Below are positions 61,399-64,000 of a stretch of 64,000 nucleotides of DNA, piece after piece; within the stretch, counting starts at the first letter, position 1; each line of letters begins with the position of its first letter. The DNA is from Promethearchaeota archaeon (GTDB lineage Archaea; Asgardarchaeota; Lokiarchaeia; Sigyniarchaeales; SOKP01). The position numbers and the translations under genes are program-made. The notes beneath the pieces were generated by a model that worked only from the letters and a program-made list of their open reading frames with translations, had not been told where the DNA came from and ran no database searches. The DNA is taken from contig JAHPZA010000009.1 of assembly GCA_019058445.1 (NCBI GenBank), positions 646,410 through 710,409 of the forward strand. The letters are read 5' to 3'.

Positions 61399-62127
61399 TC
61401 AGATTTCAAAACTCAACCATTTTATAACATTATCAAGAAACTTTAAGTTATCTCCTGCGTCTATTCCAAAGTCGCTGTCTTCAATCATCCAATCCGAGGA
61501 GCCAAAAGTAGCACATCTTCCATTGTAAAAATCGCTTACTACACAAATAGGTACTGGCCCGACCTCATCAGTATCGTCATCACTATAATATTTAAATTCT
61601 GCTTTTTCTGAAGTAACAATGATGTCTTCAACATCTTCCTCAGTCAAACTGAAAAACGTACATTCTGGAAAAACTAATTCGGAGATTCCTTTTGTAATCG
61701 GATGATTAAATAACTCATTTATTAATAAATTCTCTTTATTTACTAAGAAATTTGATGAGGATTCCATAATTCTCCCGTTCCAAAACCTCTTTACTCCGGT
61801 TAATTTATATAAAACCCTAATGGATCCTAATTTCATAGGAATGTCTTGATCTCCTCCAGCACCAGAAGTCATTAGGAATCCTCCTCCCTCACCTACAAAT
61901 TTTTTAATGTCTTTTAGTTGCTCAGGAGTAAACTTATCTTTTTTACTATTTTTTGTGTGCTGAATGTTTCCTATAAATAAAATATCAAAATCTTCTAATC
62001 TATCAAAAGTGAGAGTCTCATTTTTATCAATATATTCCACATCAAAATCATCCTCACCTAAACTGAATTCTGGAAACTCTTCGATTTGTTCATTGTGAGA
62101 TAAATCAACGATTATCTTGTAGGACAT
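61399..62127 (-). CDS. GIFT/DUF4350-like (GATase-fold) protein resembling the IFT52 N-terminal domain
   Basis: VDLSHNE, KFTPEQL..IKKFV.EGGGFL..SGAGG, HPIT.GI and GR..TFGSS...DN.KF..N.IKWL. Confidence 0.65.
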   Translation of the reverse strand: MSYKIIVDLSHNEQIEEFPEFSLGEDDFDVEYIDKNETLTFDRLEDFDILFIGNIQHTKNSKKDKFTPEQLKDIKKFVGEGGGFLMTSGAGGDQDIPMKLGSIRVLYKLTGVKRFWNGRIMESSSNFLVNKENLLINELFNHPITKGISELVFPECTFFSLTEEDVEDIIVTSEKAEFKYYSDDDTDEVGPVPICVVSDFYNGRCATFGSSDWMIEDSDFGIDAGDNLKFLDNVIKWLSFEI

Positions 62128-62344
62128 TTTATTGCTCCACGAAAGTTAATATTAATTGTTAGTCGGTGCTACTGACTTAATTATTGTATTTTATTTTTAT
62201 AAAGATATGTGATAATTATTAAAGATTATTAAAATCACTAAATTAGTATAATCAACACATATAAACTTTATTCTCAAATATAAAGTTAACGGATTTAGGA
62301 TGAGTTACTCTTAATAAGAGATTAACAAAAAAAATTTTTTTATA

Positions 62345-63055
62345 TTATTTTATAGGAATAAATTCTCTTTCAGCTGGACCCTCTTTTTTAAGTATAGCTA
62401 TATCAATTCCATTTCCACTTGCCATATCTCTAATAATAGAGGATGTAACTGCTTTTTTAACAATTTCCTTGCCTTGTTCTGGTGTTAAATCATCTTTATA
62501 TTTAGCCTCAAGCACGCCGTATGAAAAATTTTGCCCACTTCCAACTGCTACATATTTTTCTGGCAGAATTGATCCATAAGCACCAATATCTAAAATAGTA
62601 GGTCCTTCTTCTTCAGTTACACCACCTAATATAAGCCCTACTTGAAAAGGGAATGACTTATTCCTATACAAAATGTTTGATAACATCCTTCCCGCAGCTT
62701 TTATTGGGATTGGTTTGTCTTTTTCAAGTTGATAAATTGAAGTTTCAGCTCTTAATACTTCTACAAGGTATTGGGCATCAGCAACTCCTCCAGCTATCGT
62801 AATCCAAGCGTGGTCCTGGATCTTATGCAGCTTTTCAGCAGTTTTGCTGGCAACAAAATAAGCCATTGTGGCTCTTTTATCGGTACCTAAGATTACTGCA
62901 TCTTTACAAGTTAGGCCAACTGTAGTGGTTCCCGTACTGAAAGTATGATTCTTAATGATTTCTTCATTCAAATGCTCTTTAGAAAATGCTTCTTGTATAA
63001 CAGAATCTTTTAAAATCTTAGAATCAATAGATTTCAAAAATTCTTCTTTTCTCAT
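62345..63055 (-). CDS. psmB: Proteasome subunit beta
   Basis: Propeptide, then G|TTTVG, DKRAT, AGGVADAQ, GSG and RDMASG. Confidence 0.95.
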   Translation of the reverse strand: MRKEEFLKSIDSKILKDSVIQEAFSKEHLNEEIIKNHTFSTGTTTVGLTCKDAVILGTDKRATMAYFVASKTAEKLHKIQDHAWITIAGGVADAQYLVEVLRAETSIYQLEKDKPIPIKAAGRMLSNILYRNKSFPFQVGLILGGVTEEEGPTILDIGAYGSILPEKYVAVGSGQNFSYGVLEAKYKDDLTPEQGKEIVKKAVTSSIIRDMASGNGIDIAILKKEGPAEREFIPIK

Positions 63056-63201
63056 AATTTCATTAAAGGTAAAAAGGTTTAATAATTTTTTTCTAATTTA
63101 TTATAAATTCGCACCAAATTAGGAACATAAAAGTTTCGAAAGATAAATTAGTTATGAATTAAATACCTAGTTAATCATAACCATTTTCGATTCAATACAA
63201 A

Positions 63202-64000
63202 ATGGCAGAATTAATAGGGTATTTGCTTACCCTTGACGCGATTATTACATGGAGTTTGGCGTCTTTAGTTTATAAGTTTGGTTTAGGAAAAACAGATACA
63301 AAAGGAACCATCCTATTTAGATTATGTTGTGTATCACTTTTCACATTCATAATTTCTTTGATCATTGGAAGCTATTCATTTTTTTCAAGATTGAGTGAAC
63401 ACGAACTTACAATTTATCTTATCTCATGCTTAATTTGTGGTTTAAGTGTAACTATAGGCGATTTAATGTACTTTACTTCATTGAAAAAAATTGATGCTTC
63501 GCGGGCGTTTCCACTGACACAATTGAGCTTGGTATTTGTGTATCCTTTCGCCTTCTTCCTATTTGGCGAGGAATTAACTTGGTCTATTTTTATCGGAGGT
63601 ATGTTAATAATTTCAAGCGTTTTTTTATTGAGTAAAAAGGATTCAGAAAATGCAGAAATAACAAATGAAAGGGAACAAATTGATAATAACAAAAGAGAAA
63701 CAAATATATATATTGGAGTTGCATTAGCGACAGGTGCCGCATTTTGCTGGGCGATTACGATGGTAACTTTTCATCAAGCACGAGCCATTAGTCATGATGT
63801 TCATGTTACAAATTTTATTCGAACTTTTTTAGCTACTATATCCGTGGCCACATTAGGATTATTTCAAAGGGATTATTATTGTGCATTTAAAAAAGAAAAT
63901 AGAGAAGACTTGAAATACTATGGATATATGGGTATAGCCGGATCTTTATCTTTAGGTTTAGCAGATTCATTATTTTATGAAGCTGCTGGGATTAATGGGC
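63202..64000 (+). CDS. DMT/EamA-family transporter; 3' end runs off the window
   Basis: Not in the ORF track. MAELIGYLLTLDAIITWSLASLVYK...GDLMYFTSLKKIDASRAFPL...LFGEEL, then a second repeat (AAFCWA). Confidence 0.88.
   Translation, partial: MAELIGYLLTLDAIITWSLASLVYKFGLGKTDTKGTILFRLCCVSLFTFIISLIIGSYSFFSRLSEHELTIYLISCLICGLSVTIGDLMYFTSLKKIDASRAFPLTQLSLVFVYPFAFFLFGEELTWSIFIGGMLIISSVFLLSKKDSENAEITNEREQIDNNKRETNIYIGVALATGAAFCWAITMVTFHQARAISHDVHVTNFIRTFLATISVATLGLFQRDYYCAFKKENREDLKYYGYMGIAGSLSLGLADSLFYEAAGING

Noticed and set aside
63414-63692. 92-aa minus-strand ORF
   Set aside because: It is antisense to the EamA transporter that starts at 63202.
1-64000. CRISPR arrays, rRNA genes, transposases, prophage genes
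   Set aside because: No regularly spaced repeats, long GC-rich RNA genes or mobile-element motifs were seen by eye.

Overview
This AT-rich, gene-dense 64-kb window is most consistent with an Asgard archaeon of the Lokiarchaeia/Promethearchaeota type. The evidence is an archaeal aCPSF1/FttA, TFB and proteasome beta subunit, a BHB-intron tRNA, an EF-2 paralogue lacking the diphthamide motif, and Loki-type LRR/TPR proteins. The left half holds housekeeping and signalling genes: hisA, purN, parvulin, a dGTPase-like HD protein, aCPSF1, EF-2p, two tRNAs, two GAF/PAS histidine kinases around a response regulator and an extra TFB, a DEAD-box helicase and pncA. The standout feature is an inositol-phosphate island of about 17 kb (36.7-53.9 kb), perhaps extending to about 24 kb with flanking genes. 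It has three tandem myo-inositol-1-phosphate synthase paralogues (one canonical, two with altered active sites), four ITPK1-like ATP-grasp kinases and a HAD phosphatase with a polybasic tail. It also has two sugar MFS transporters and a glycosidase/dehydrogenase/aldolase arm, flanked by UppP, an HGSNAT-like acyltransferase, a CotH kinase and a purple acid phosphatase. Other notable items are a Zn-finger/UFL1-like winged-helix/appendage-domain protein, an IFT52-GIFT-like protein, a Par14-like parvulin, a tRNA-Gln with C33 opposite an intron A, and a candidate K-turn sRNA. No CRISPR array, rRNA or mobile element was seen. All family assignments come from motif recognition by eye; no searches were run.
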